Shown here in pieces: positions 1-8,076 of a stretch of 23,618 nt of DNA. Positions within the stretch are counted from its first letter, which is position 1. Every line of letters starts with the position of its first letter. The stretch spans positions 1-23,618 of the forward strand of contig CAYYQL010000037.1 in NCBI GenBank assembly GCA_964473825.1. Direction: 5' to 3'. Both the position numbers and the translations under genes were made by a program. A model generated the notes under the pieces. That model was given only the letters and a program-made list of their open reading frames with translations, was not told where the DNA came from and made no database searches. Source of the stretch: an uncultured archaeon (lineage in GTDB: Archaea > Asgardarchaeota > Thorarchaeia > Thorarchaeales > Thorarchaeaceae).

Positions 1-1384
1 AGGCTCCAAAGAATAGCCTTCGTGCTCTCCGCCGACGTTCTTCCTCGCTCTCGTCGGATTCTGGCGGGGGCGGGGGAGGAGGAGTCTTTGCTTCCTTTGA
101 TTCGGAGAGCTCCGTTTCGTCCGCTTCTTCTTCCTCCTCGGACTCATCATAATCCTCAGAGTCAACGGTCGAAGGCTCGTCATAAGGAGTCCAAAGGCTG
201 GGCTCTTCCGATTCAACCTCTTCCGCAGTGACTTCTGTCGAATCGGGAGGCTTCAAATCGTCTTCGTCGACATGACCTCTATGTGGTCCTTCGTCGACCT
301 CAGTATCTTCATCAGGGGGCTCAACCTCATCCGTTTCTGGTATCACCGATCGTTCATAGTCACGCCATGTGAATGAGTCAGAATCATCCGCCGAGTCCTC
401 AGATGTTTCCTCTTCAGCGGTCTCGACATCGGCCTTCACCTCGTCAGTGAACTCGTCCTCTTCAGATGGATGAGGCGATATCTCAACCCCATATGATGAG
501 AAAGCACGCTCCAGTTGATCAAGGGCTCCTGAAAGCCGCGAATCTTCTCCCTCTGCTGGCTCTTCAGCGTCAGTCTCGTCCCATTCAACCCTGGGGGACT
601 CGGCCTCAGAAGAGGCGGATTCGACATCTACTTGAAAAGAGGCCTCATCTTCAGTCTCAGGCGTGTCAGGTTCGTCCGGCACAGGCACCACGGCAGACTC
701 TGCATCCGAGTCGTGTTCTGCATCTTCAATAATCAGATCATGGGGTTCAGATAGCTCGAACTCCTCGGAGAAGTCCCGTTCTGCATCGAACTCTGGCTCT
801 CGATCCATATCTCCAGATGCTCTTTCCATGTGGTCGATTGATGCAGACTCAACATCATCGAAGTCAGGTTCGGTTCCCTCCTCTGCTCCCGCGTCTTCAG
901 AGTCATCGTGAAGAAGGGGGGTGTCGAGAAGCTCCGCATCATCAGGGACAACATAGTCGTCTTCAAGCGGTGCCTCAGTAGCAGAATCATCTGCAGGGCG
1001 AGTTTCCTCAGTGTACAAGTCGCCAGGGTCTGTGAGTGTTCGTGCAAGGGGAGAGTCCTCTACCATCGACTCTGTCTTTTCGAAGAAGTCTACTCCAGAA
1101 CCTTCCTTACGTGATGGCTCCTCCTCTCCTTGAGAGGAGAACTGGATACCCAATGCGTGACTAAGGCATGACTCACATCGCTTGGCCGCTGCTATGAGAG
1201 CCTCGTGCATGAACTGGTCGAGGGGCTTTGCCTTGTTTGGATTTCTGCTTCTCCACTTCAGGAAACTATCAATCATACGCAACGCGTCACGTACTCCGAG
1301 CCAGTACGACTCGTCCTTACTACTGAAACTCAACTGGAACACCAACACTGAGATGTCGGAATCGGAGAAAAGGCTTTCCGTCAT
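1..1384 (-). CDS. Hypothetical protein, >=461 aa: short folded N-terminal domain (CxxC), long Asp/Glu-rich disordered region, polyproline run and basic C-terminal helix; stop codon lies at or beyond the window edge
   Basis: Manual translation from ATG 1384 (alternative TTG 1333) stays open to position 2: MTESLFSDS..SKDESYWLGVRDALRMIDSFLKW..AAKRCESCLSHALG..(D/E-rich)..KTPPPPPPPESDESEEERRRRARRLFFGA. Absent from the ORF track because no stop falls inside the window; the next codon begins with T. Confidence 0.85.
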   Translation of the reverse strand, partial: MTESLFSDSDISVLVFQLSFSSKDESYWLGVRDALRMIDSFLKWRSRNPNKAKPLDQFMHEALIAAAKRCESCLSHALGIQFSSQGEEEPSRKEGSGVDFFEKTESMVEDSPLARTLTDPGDLYTEETRPADDSATEAPLEDDYVVPDDAELLDTPLLHDDSEDAGAEEGTEPDFDDVESASIDHMERASGDMDREPEFDAERDFSEEFELSEPHDLIIEDAEHDSDAESAVVPVPDEPDTPETEDEASFQVDVESASSEAESPRVEWDETDAEEPAEGEDSRLSGALDQLERAFSSYGVEISPHPSEEDEFTDEVKADVETAEEETSEDSADDSDSFTWRDYERSVIPETDEVEPPDEDTEVDEGPHRGHVDEDDLKPPDSTEVTAEEVESEEPSLWTPYDEPSTVDSEDYDESEEEEEADETELSESKEAKTPPPPPPPESDESEEERRRRARRLFFGA

Positions 1385-1402
1385 GAAATGGTGTGAACAT
1401 AG

Positions 1403-1840
1403 TCATTTCTGTCTTTGTTCAAGCATCTCCCCGACCAAGTCCCTGAAGACCTCTGCCAGCTCAGAGCACTTTCTCTGGTCCAAGCGACCGTCGGCCGTGA
1501 AGACCCGAGTCGGGTATCTTTCACCCAGGTTCTCACGCACCTCATTCCTGTACTTTGTCTCTAGCTCGGGCCTAGACTCGGGGAGTACAATCAAAGCTGC
1601 AGTTGCGCCCTTGTAGCTCAAAGAAAAAAGCAGATTCATTGCAGTGTCTTTAGGGGACATGATGAGCGCACGTACATCAGAACCCAGACCTTTCATGTCT
1701 GCCGAGCCTATTCGTATACCATCAACGGCAATCGTCTGATCCATTAGAGCTGTAAGGACTCCCTCCAGTAGTTCATCATCAGGACCGACTATAGTTATCT
1801 TAAACGAATACCTCGATTTCTTCGCGGGCATGCTCATCAC
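1403..1840 (-). CDS. Degenerate small GTPase (Rab/Ras-like fold) lacking a P-loop
   Basis: YSFKITIVG (Rab beta1), KDTA..SYKGATAALIV (cf. WDTAG..YYRGAxGALLV) and C-terminal LAEVFRDLVGEML, but no GxxxxGK[ST] or NKxD. Confidence 0.6.
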   Translation of the reverse strand: MMSMPAKKSRYSFKITIVGPDDELLEGVLTALMDQTIAVDGIRIGSADMKGLGSDVRALIMSPKDTAMNLLFSLSYKGATAALIVLPESRPELETKYRNEVRENLGERYPTRVFTADGRLDQRKCSELAEVFRDLVGEMLEQRQK

Positions 1841-1985
1841 CTGTTCATACTCTTTGCGGAAGCGATAGATAGTTAGAGCTGACGAAACTGTTGATATGTC
1901 TTGTGACTACCTCAACCAGGGCAGGGAAGCATGCAGCCATAGATTATTAAGAAAAGGGCAAGGGGCTTGATTCTAAGGGATTAGG

Positions 1986-2333
1986 TTGACGACAAAGGCA
2001 GAAGTGTTCAAAGCGTTAGAACCCGTTCAAGACCCTGAACACCCGGTATCCATCACAGACCCAAGGATGGCAATAGTCACTCTGGACTACATCAACATCG
2101 ATGATGATACTATCAAAGTGGATTTCAAACCAACGGTTCCCTACTGTCCCATGGGCGGGCTGATTGGGATTCTTATCAGGCACAGACTAGAAGAAGTCTA
2201 TCCTGATGCAGAGATCGAGGTCAGGGTTTTGCCGGGATCTCACACTCAGGAAGAGGCAGTCAATAGCATGATCAATGACAACGAGAAGTATCAGAACGTC
2301 GTGGAACAAATGAAGCAACGAGACATGCTGTAG
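1986..2333 (+). CDS. MIP18/DUF59 (SufT/CIA2-like) Fe-S cluster assembly protein
   Basis: DPEHPVSI, FKPTVPYCPMGGLIG and PGSHTQEEAVNSMIND match the DPE / PTxxxC / PGxH..VNxxxxD pattern of FAM96/CIA2; TTG start. Confidence 0.88.
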   Translation: MTTKAEVFKALEPVQDPEHPVSITDPRMAIVTLDYINIDDDTIKVDFKPTVPYCPMGGLIGILIRHRLEEVYPDAEIEVRVLPGSHTQEEAVNSMINDNEKYQNVVEQMKQRDML

Positions 2334-2345
2334 AGAACTGCGGAG

Positions 2346-2699
2346 GTGTCAACAATGAAGACCTCCGATTACATACTCTGGGCCGGAGGCGTTCTGCTCA
2401 TCATCGGAACAATCCTAGTGGCACTTGCTGGATGGCAAGGAGAGAGTTTCATCATTCTGTTCCCCTTTTTCATCGTTGGAGACTTAGGCCCAACTGTTGC
2501 GGTCTTCGTGGTTATCAGTCTACTACTGCCCCTGATGCTTTTCGTACTGTTTCTGAGAAACGTTTCACACGTGACTGGAAGCTCAGTTCCTGGTTGGCGG
2601 GAGAAGATATGCCCCAGCTGTGGAGCTGGTCTTCCACAACAGGCAGAATACTGTTACAGGTGCGGACGGCCTCTAGCCGAGAATCAGGATATGCGCTGA
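2346..2699 (+). CDS. Small membrane protein with C-terminal zinc ribbon
   Basis: Two to three hydrophobic segments followed by CPSC..YCYRC. Confidence 0.8.
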   Translation: MSTMKTSDYILWAGGVLLIIGTILVALAGWQGESFIILFPFFIVGDLGPTVAVFVVISLLLPLMLFVLFLRNVSHVTGSSVPGWREKICPSCGAGLPQQAEYCYRCGRPLAENQDMR

Positions 2700-2724
2700 C
2701 AAGTCATCAGCTAGACACCTTTGA

Positions 2725-3195
2725 GTGTGCAAAGCCTTGAAACGAGAGATACGACCTCTAGACCCTTCAGATTTGGAAGATGTGAAGAGAATAGAGAGCT
2801 CGGCATTTCCTGAACCGTGGGACTTCGAGATTTTTGAGATTCTGGCGTCGTACCACGGAAGGGCGATGAAGAGAGGGGGCGAGAAACTATACATGTATGT
2901 GCTGGAAGAGGACGTCGTGACGGGATATGTGGTCTGGGAAGAATCTGCAAACGAAGGACATATTCTGAACTTAGCAGTTCGAGAAGACAAGAGAAACAGT
3001 GGTCGGGGAAAGGGACTCCTTCTCTTCGCCCTCAGAAGACAAGATCTTAGCGGAATGACCTCCTGCATCCTCGAATGTAGAGACAACAATACAATTGCAC
3101 GACGTTTCTATGAGAGCATTGGGATGACCGAGGTAGGTCGTGTCGTAGGATACTACGGAAATCAAGACGCCATCATCTATAGATGGGACTTCTAG
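2725..3195 (+). CDS. rimI: RimI/Ard1-type GNAT N-terminal acetyltransferase
   Basis: IESSAFPEPW, GHILNLAV, KRNSGRGKGLL (acetyl-CoA motif), LECRDNN..ARRFYE, GYY..DAII; the true start may be TTG 2737. Confidence 0.9.
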   Translation: MCKALKREIRPLDPSDLEDVKRIESSAFPEPWDFEIFEILASYHGRAMKRGGEKLYMYVLEEDVVTGYVVWEESANEGHILNLAVREDKRNSGRGKGLLLFALRRQDLSGMTSCILECRDNNTIARRFYESIGMTEVGRVVGYYGNQDAIIYRWDF

Positions 3196-6100
3196 CTGCG
3201 TCTTGATTCGACCAGACGCGGTCCGAGTACATCATGATACAGCGTCAGATAGGCGGGATCGGATGAAACCAACGCAACTGGACGACCACTGTCTGTGGAA
3301 CCACCTAGGAGTAACTCCTTCTGGTCACATAATGCCATATCATACGGGTGGGCGGTCTCCCAGATTCTCCAACCGGCAAGATTCTTGAGAGCAGCGGGTT
3401 GTTCCTCCGACCTGGGAACCACTAGAACTTTTCTTCGCGGAGTATTCACCTTCGAGAGCTTCTTAAGATCCAATCCCTCAACGTCGACCACAGATAAGAG
3501 TACGGATTCCTCTGCGCGCTCAGCCATGTCTACCATGTGAGCATATATCTCGTCTGCACCTGACACATACCAGGTCTTCTTGCTCGGCAGAGCCTGCACA
3601 GACTTGCTTGCTGTGTGGATTGCGTCCAGAACGTCCATAGTATTCGTTGCGAGTTCCTTCATTGTGTTGACGCTCTCCTCGATTTTCTGCTTGAGTTCTT
3701 TGCCGTCCTTTCTTATTGACGAAAGCAAGTTCTTTGCTGACTTGTCAGTGTCACTCTCAAACGAGTTGAGCAGATCATTGCGTTTCTCTGTCAAGGTTGA
3801 AGTCTTAGTAGAAGCGTCGCCATTGGCCTTGGTGACAACCTCCCTCAGCTCCGAGCCTCTTACACCCAGTTCGTTCCGCATCTCCTCAACAAGCTGATAC
3901 GCATCATTGCTCAGCTTAGTCTTAAGTTCAAGAGCGATATTCTCAAACCTTCGAGATGCTGTCAGATTCGAGGACACAACTGTTTCGCGTGTCTTCTCAA
4001 AGAGATCTTCACGGCGCCGATCTATCCTATTTGAGGCGTTCTCGACCAAGGATGTGTAGTCTGTTGTCAAAGACTCAACAGAATCCAAGTACTCCTCTCT
4101 GTCAGAAGTGAGAGACTCGATAATGTCGGACTTTCTCTGCTCTGTCCAAGTACCCGCATCTTCGATGTTTGCTTCAACCGCAGCTGTCAGTTTCTTTTCA
4201 AGGTTGGATACTGACTCTGTTCCTGTTCTCAAGCGAGTCTTCGTGGCTTGCTGGAATTCATTGAGTCTGGCCTTGAATGACGAGCCTGTCTTTTCCAATA
4301 AGGCGTTCACTGACTTCTCGAATTGCTCCACTGTATGCTCGCCTCGATCATTGATACCCTCCGAGACCTCTTCTGATGCTTTGGTTAGATTCTGGCTTGC
4401 AAGCTGGATATCCTCGGTCAGTTTGTTTCCCAAGGCATCCGAGGAGGTAGACACATTGTCCAGTGCATTCTCAACCCATTGCGCGGCTGCATCGAACGCT
4501 TCGTTAGCCTCGTCCCTTCGTTGCTCAATGGCTGCAGATATATCATCGTTCACATCCCTGCGGATATCAATAATCTCCTTTTCACGCGCAACGAGCTGTT
4601 CCTGATATGACTCCATACTTTCGATAGACCTATTGCTGACCTCAGTTGATAATTTGTCAAGCTTCTTGGTTGTATCTGCAAGCAGACGCTGTTTCTCGTC
4701 AGCCTGCTCTGAGGCGTAGTTATCCACAGTTGACCGCATGCTGGCTGAAGTGCGAGCAAAAGAATTCTTGACTGACTCCCGAGTACCTGCGACTCTGTCG
4801 TGGAAGTTTGTCTGGGCACCCGCGACTGATGTTTCGAACTCTCGAGAGGTCTGGACAAGGCTTTCGCCCATTTGTTTTATCGTGCCATGTCGTATCTGAT
4901 CAAGATTGTCCTCTACAGCCTGGAGATTGGACTCGATCATTGAATGGGTACTGGCAAGTTTCTCAGATAGTTGAGCCTGTTTCTCGACACTGAAGTCATT
5001 GAGACTCTTTCGCATCATGCTAACAGAGTCTACAATCTCGTCAATACGGAGAGCAATCTCTGAAGTATACTCCTGCTGCAGCTTGAGGGAGTCTTCTTGA
5101 AGTGCTTCAATCTCTGTCTTGATAGAATTCTTGAATTCGGTATGAGTAGAGCTGATGAGGTCGCGTGATTCCATCGTCTGGCTTGTGATGAGACCATTAA
5201 ACGTTGATTCAAGGCTCTGTGTCAAGGCAATGAACTGACGAGTCATCTCCTCGAGATTGAGATGAAACTCGCCTCGAATCTCCTCGCCCTGACGGTCGAT
5301 GCGTTGAACTTGGTCAGTGATGGTCGAATCAACCTCTTCTTGCACTCTGCCGACCTCAGAAGCCAGGGTTGATACGCTCTGTACTAGCCTGTCATCTAAT
5401 TGGGAGTTAAGTGTCTTGTACAGTTCCTTTGTGTCCTTGATGTTCTTCTGGATCTTCGAACTGATCTCTGTGACAGTCTCTTCGAGCGTCTTGCCGAACC
5501 CGCTCTCCAAATCGTTGACAAAGCGTGATACACCCGACAGGACTGTCTCATTCTTTGTTTTCACCGAACTCTGTATCGTTCCGAATGAGGACTTGAGTCT
5601 GTCACTCATATTGCTCGTCAAGGACTTGAGCTCATCAGTCTGAACAGACAGAGTTTCATTGACATCGTTGATAACACCTTCCAGATCGGAGTAGACATCT
5701 TTTTCGCCTTCTTCCGCCCAAGAATCGAGTTTGGCCTGCAGATTCGCTCTGACCTCCTCGATGCTCGCTTGCTCCGAAGCATTCTGCTCATCGAGTAGTC
5801 TGATCACTTCAGCACGAGCTTCTGTAACATGTGTTCCAAACCTGCTCTGCATACCGGCGACCAAGGTCTTTAGTTCATCATGATTCTCTGAAATCATAGA
5901 CGCAAGGCGTTCGAGATGACTACTCAGTGCATTCTTGATGTCTTCCAAGTAGGCCACGTCGGTGGCCTTAATCTGCTCAAACTGTGCAGCTATCGACTGA
6001 GTCGAGGCGGCCATGTCATCCCCGACTTCATCCTTCCATTTCTCAATCTCATCAACAAGCTCGCCCGTCAAGGTCGCCGTAGTACCTATTTTGTTCCCAG

Positions 6101-7088
6101 CCAAACTGGCATACTCTTGAAAGAGATCCCTGTTCATGTCAACAAGTTCACTCAACGACTTCTGCGAACTGACCTGTTTATTGCCGATCTCCTCTGAAAT
6201 ATTCTCAACAACTTGGACCAGACCTTCATCTACAGAGCCCAGGCTTTCAGTTGTACGGGAAACGGAATCCTCTATGGAGGATTGAATATTTGCAGACATC
6301 TTCTCTAGAACACTCTGCAATGCCACCTGAGAATCATCTATGGCCTTTTCAACCACTTCCTTGGCCTGATCAACCAAGGCTACCGCGCTTGTTCTGAATT
6401 GAGAAGCATTCTCTGATGCACTTGCCTTGTCCTTGTCCAGTGTCTCTGAAAATGAAGAGCCGATTTCTTCGAGAGAGGCATTCATCGACCCCTGAATGGA
6501 ATCTAGCTCATTCTGCAGCGTGGAGAGCTGCTCGCCCAGGTCACTATCCAGAGTGGCACCCATGGTATCCAATACGGACTCTACTCGCTCGGAGAAGCCT
6601 GTCAAGACCTTGTCAGCAACACTGCCAACGATCTCAATCTGGGATTGTACGTTGTCAAGCATCTCGTCTTCATAGACATCGAGTTCCTCCTTCAAATCGG
6701 CAAAAGCGGATTTCCTGCGCTCCATGAAGTCCGTAGAGGTCTCTTTGGCCTGCCCCAGTTGCTTGTCAATCGTATTTTGTACTTGTTCTTGGAGAGAACT
6801 GGTCCTTTCAACAAAAGATGACAGAGCATCCCCGACAGCCAAGTTAGGCGAAATGGCCTGATAGACGGGCACAATCCCCTCAATCTCTGCAACAAGTCCC
6901 TTCTTCACCAATCGACTTAGCGTTCTCTTGACGCTGCCGAGGGTGTCCCCAGTTATCACTGAGAGAGCTCCGGCCGTCATGTTGCCACCAACGTAGACTG
7001 GTAACAGCACTTCAGCCTCTTTCTTCGTTACTCCCAGATTCTTCTCTATCGTCGACATTTGTTTCTCCAATGCTGTATCTCCACTCAT
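3192..7088 (-). CDS. Giant TrmB-like protein: N-terminal winged HTH, ~1,080-aa amphipathic helical rod, C-terminal TrmB effector/PLD-like domain
   Basis: N-term LGVTKKEAEVLLPV..MTAGALS..TLSRLVKKGLV..PVYQAISP is TrmB wHTH-like. C-term TWYVSGADEIYAHMVDMAERAEESVLLSV..MALCDQKELLLG..ALVSSDP is TrmB C-domain-like. The middle is essentially Pro-free and helical. ATG 7088 follows GGAGTG; the ORF track starts at GTG 7100. Confidence 0.8.
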   Translation of the reverse strand: MSGDTALEKQMSTIEKNLGVTKKEAEVLLPVYVGGNMTAGALSVITGDTLGSVKRTLSRLVKKGLVAEIEGIVPVYQAISPNLAVGDALSSFVERTSSLQEQVQNTIDKQLGQAKETSTDFMERRKSAFADLKEELDVYEDEMLDNVQSQIEIVGSVADKVLTGFSERVESVLDTMGATLDSDLGEQLSTLQNELDSIQGSMNASLEEIGSSFSETLDKDKASASENASQFRTSAVALVDQAKEVVEKAIDDSQVALQSVLEKMSANIQSSIEDSVSRTTESLGSVDEGLVQVVENISEEIGNKQVSSQKSLSELVDMNRDLFQEYASLAGNKIGTTATLTGELVDEIEKWKDEVGDDMAASTQSIAAQFEQIKATDVAYLEDIKNALSSHLERLASMISENHDELKTLVAGMQSRFGTHVTEARAEVIRLLDEQNASEQASIEEVRANLQAKLDSWAEEGEKDVYSDLEGVINDVNETLSVQTDELKSLTSNMSDRLKSSFGTIQSSVKTKNETVLSGVSRFVNDLESGFGKTLEETVTEISSKIQKNIKDTKELYKTLNSQLDDRLVQSVSTLASEVGRVQEEVDSTITDQVQRIDRQGEEIRGEFHLNLEEMTRQFIALTQSLESTFNGLITSQTMESRDLISSTHTEFKNSIKTEIEALQEDSLKLQQEYTSEIALRIDEIVDSVSMMRKSLNDFSVEKQAQLSEKLASTHSMIESNLQAVEDNLDQIRHGTIKQMGESLVQTSREFETSVAGAQTNFHDRVAGTRESVKNSFARTSASMRSTVDNYASEQADEKQRLLADTTKKLDKLSTEVSNRSIESMESYQEQLVAREKEIIDIRRDVNDDISAAIEQRRDEANEAFDAAAQWVENALDNVSTSSDALGNKLTEDIQLASQNLTKASEEVSEGINDRGEHTVEQFEKSVNALLEKTGSSFKARLNEFQQATKTRLRTGTESVSNLEKKLTAAVEANIEDAGTWTEQRKSDIIESLTSDREEYLDSVESLTTDYTSLVENASNRIDRRREDLFEKTRETVVSSNLTASRRFENIALELKTKLSNDAYQLVEEMRNELGVRGSELREVVTKANGDASTKTSTLTEKRNDLLNSFESDTDKSAKNLLSSIRKDGKELKQKIEESVNTMKELATNTMDVLDAIHTASKSVQALPSKKTWYVSGADEIYAHMVDMAERAEESVLLSVVDVEGLDLKKLSKVNTPRRKVLVVPRSEEQPAALKNLAGWRIWETAHPYDMALCDQKELLLGGSTDSGRPVALVSSDPAYLTLYHDVLGPRLVESRRS

Positions 7089-7123
7089 ACTGCACTCCAC
7101 TCCATTACTCAGAACGTATTGTT

Positions 7124-7939
7124 CTACCCGCTTGACTTCTCTCCAACTGCTTCAGAGATCTTCACAAAGACTCTAGCAAGAACGCCCGTTTCAATCGATT
7201 TGTCGGGCCCTTCGCTTATCGTTTCGACGATCACATGTGTGCTGTCATCTAAGCGCTGCACAACGAAACTCTCGAAATGCGACTCCAGGATCTCACCAAG
7301 CTCCTTCTCGATGTCGGAGGGATGCACATCTCCCGCATTGATGCCCAACTCCCACCAGTTGATTGTAAGATCAGTACACTCTGCTTCCAAGTCGTAATAT
7401 CGTGCAAATAGGTCCACATACATACGGAATGTGTCATAATCGTCGATAGCATATTCCTCAGGATTGAGAACAACAATTCCACGAGAGAAATCGAAATGGA
7501 ACAACAGGTCATCTCCCATGATAAGGAAGAGGTTATTTGCTCTCACTCGGGCCATTCGACTCCATATCTTGGTGAATCTCGAGGTGAATTGCCTTATCGA
7601 ACTCATCCGTAGCGCAGAAAGCATGTCCTTGATGGGAAGACGTCTGTCACTCATACGACGCCCCTTTCGCTCAAGAATGTACCTTCGCAACTGTCCAAGG
7701 TATTGTGAATAGCAGAATGACGGCAAATCCTGAGTTTCTACGCCGAGTTCGATGAACATGTTCAAGAGGTTTCTGTCCTTGCAGGATGGCCGAACCGTAC
7801 AGCTCAGCCTATCTTCTTGGCAAGCCTTACATTTCTCCTCGTAAAGGGAGATCAGCTCAGCAGCTAGCTCGTTGTCTGCCGACTTACCAAGGAGTCTAAC
7901 GCGTTCAGCTAGTTCGTCTTTATGCTGTTTAAGCTGCAT
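7124..7939 (-). CDS. Hypothetical protein with N-terminal Cys cluster (C-x2-C-x6-C-x5-C plus a later Cys), possible Fe-S or Zn site
   Basis: CKACQEDRLSCTVRPSC..PSFCY; 271-aa ORF co-oriented and closely spaced with the giant gene. Confidence 0.75.
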   Translation of the reverse strand: MQLKQHKDELAERVRLLGKSADNELAAELISLYEEKCKACQEDRLSCTVRPSCKDRNLLNMFIELGVETQDLPSFCYSQYLGQLRRYILERKGRRMSDRRLPIKDMLSALRMSSIRQFTSRFTKIWSRMARVRANNLFLIMGDDLLFHFDFSRGIVVLNPEEYAIDDYDTFRMYVDLFARYYDLEAECTDLTINWWELGINAGDVHPSDIEKELGEILESHFESFVVQRLDDSTHVIVETISEGPDKSIETGVLARVFVKISEAVGEKSSG

Positions 7940-8034
7940 CTATTCTCAACTCAGGACTGTTTGATGACACATACAAATGCTCTTGAAAGAGTGTTGTAGC
8001 ACAATACCTAAGGTCTTGTGGTCAATCTCTAAAT

Positions 8035-8049
8035 GATGATTATATCATC
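8035..8049. promoter_or_regulatory. Perfect inverted repeat GATGAT-TAT-ATCATC, possible transcription factor site
   Basis: 6-3-6 palindrome in the AT-rich gap 7940-8076. Confidence 0.3.
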
Positions 8050-8076
8050 GAAGAGATAAATCTATGGACATGTAGG

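Noticed and set aside
22-1616. Plus-strand Ser- or Leu-rich ORFs here, and similar short ORFs opposite other genes
   Set aside because: Antisense or off-frame shadows of the real genes
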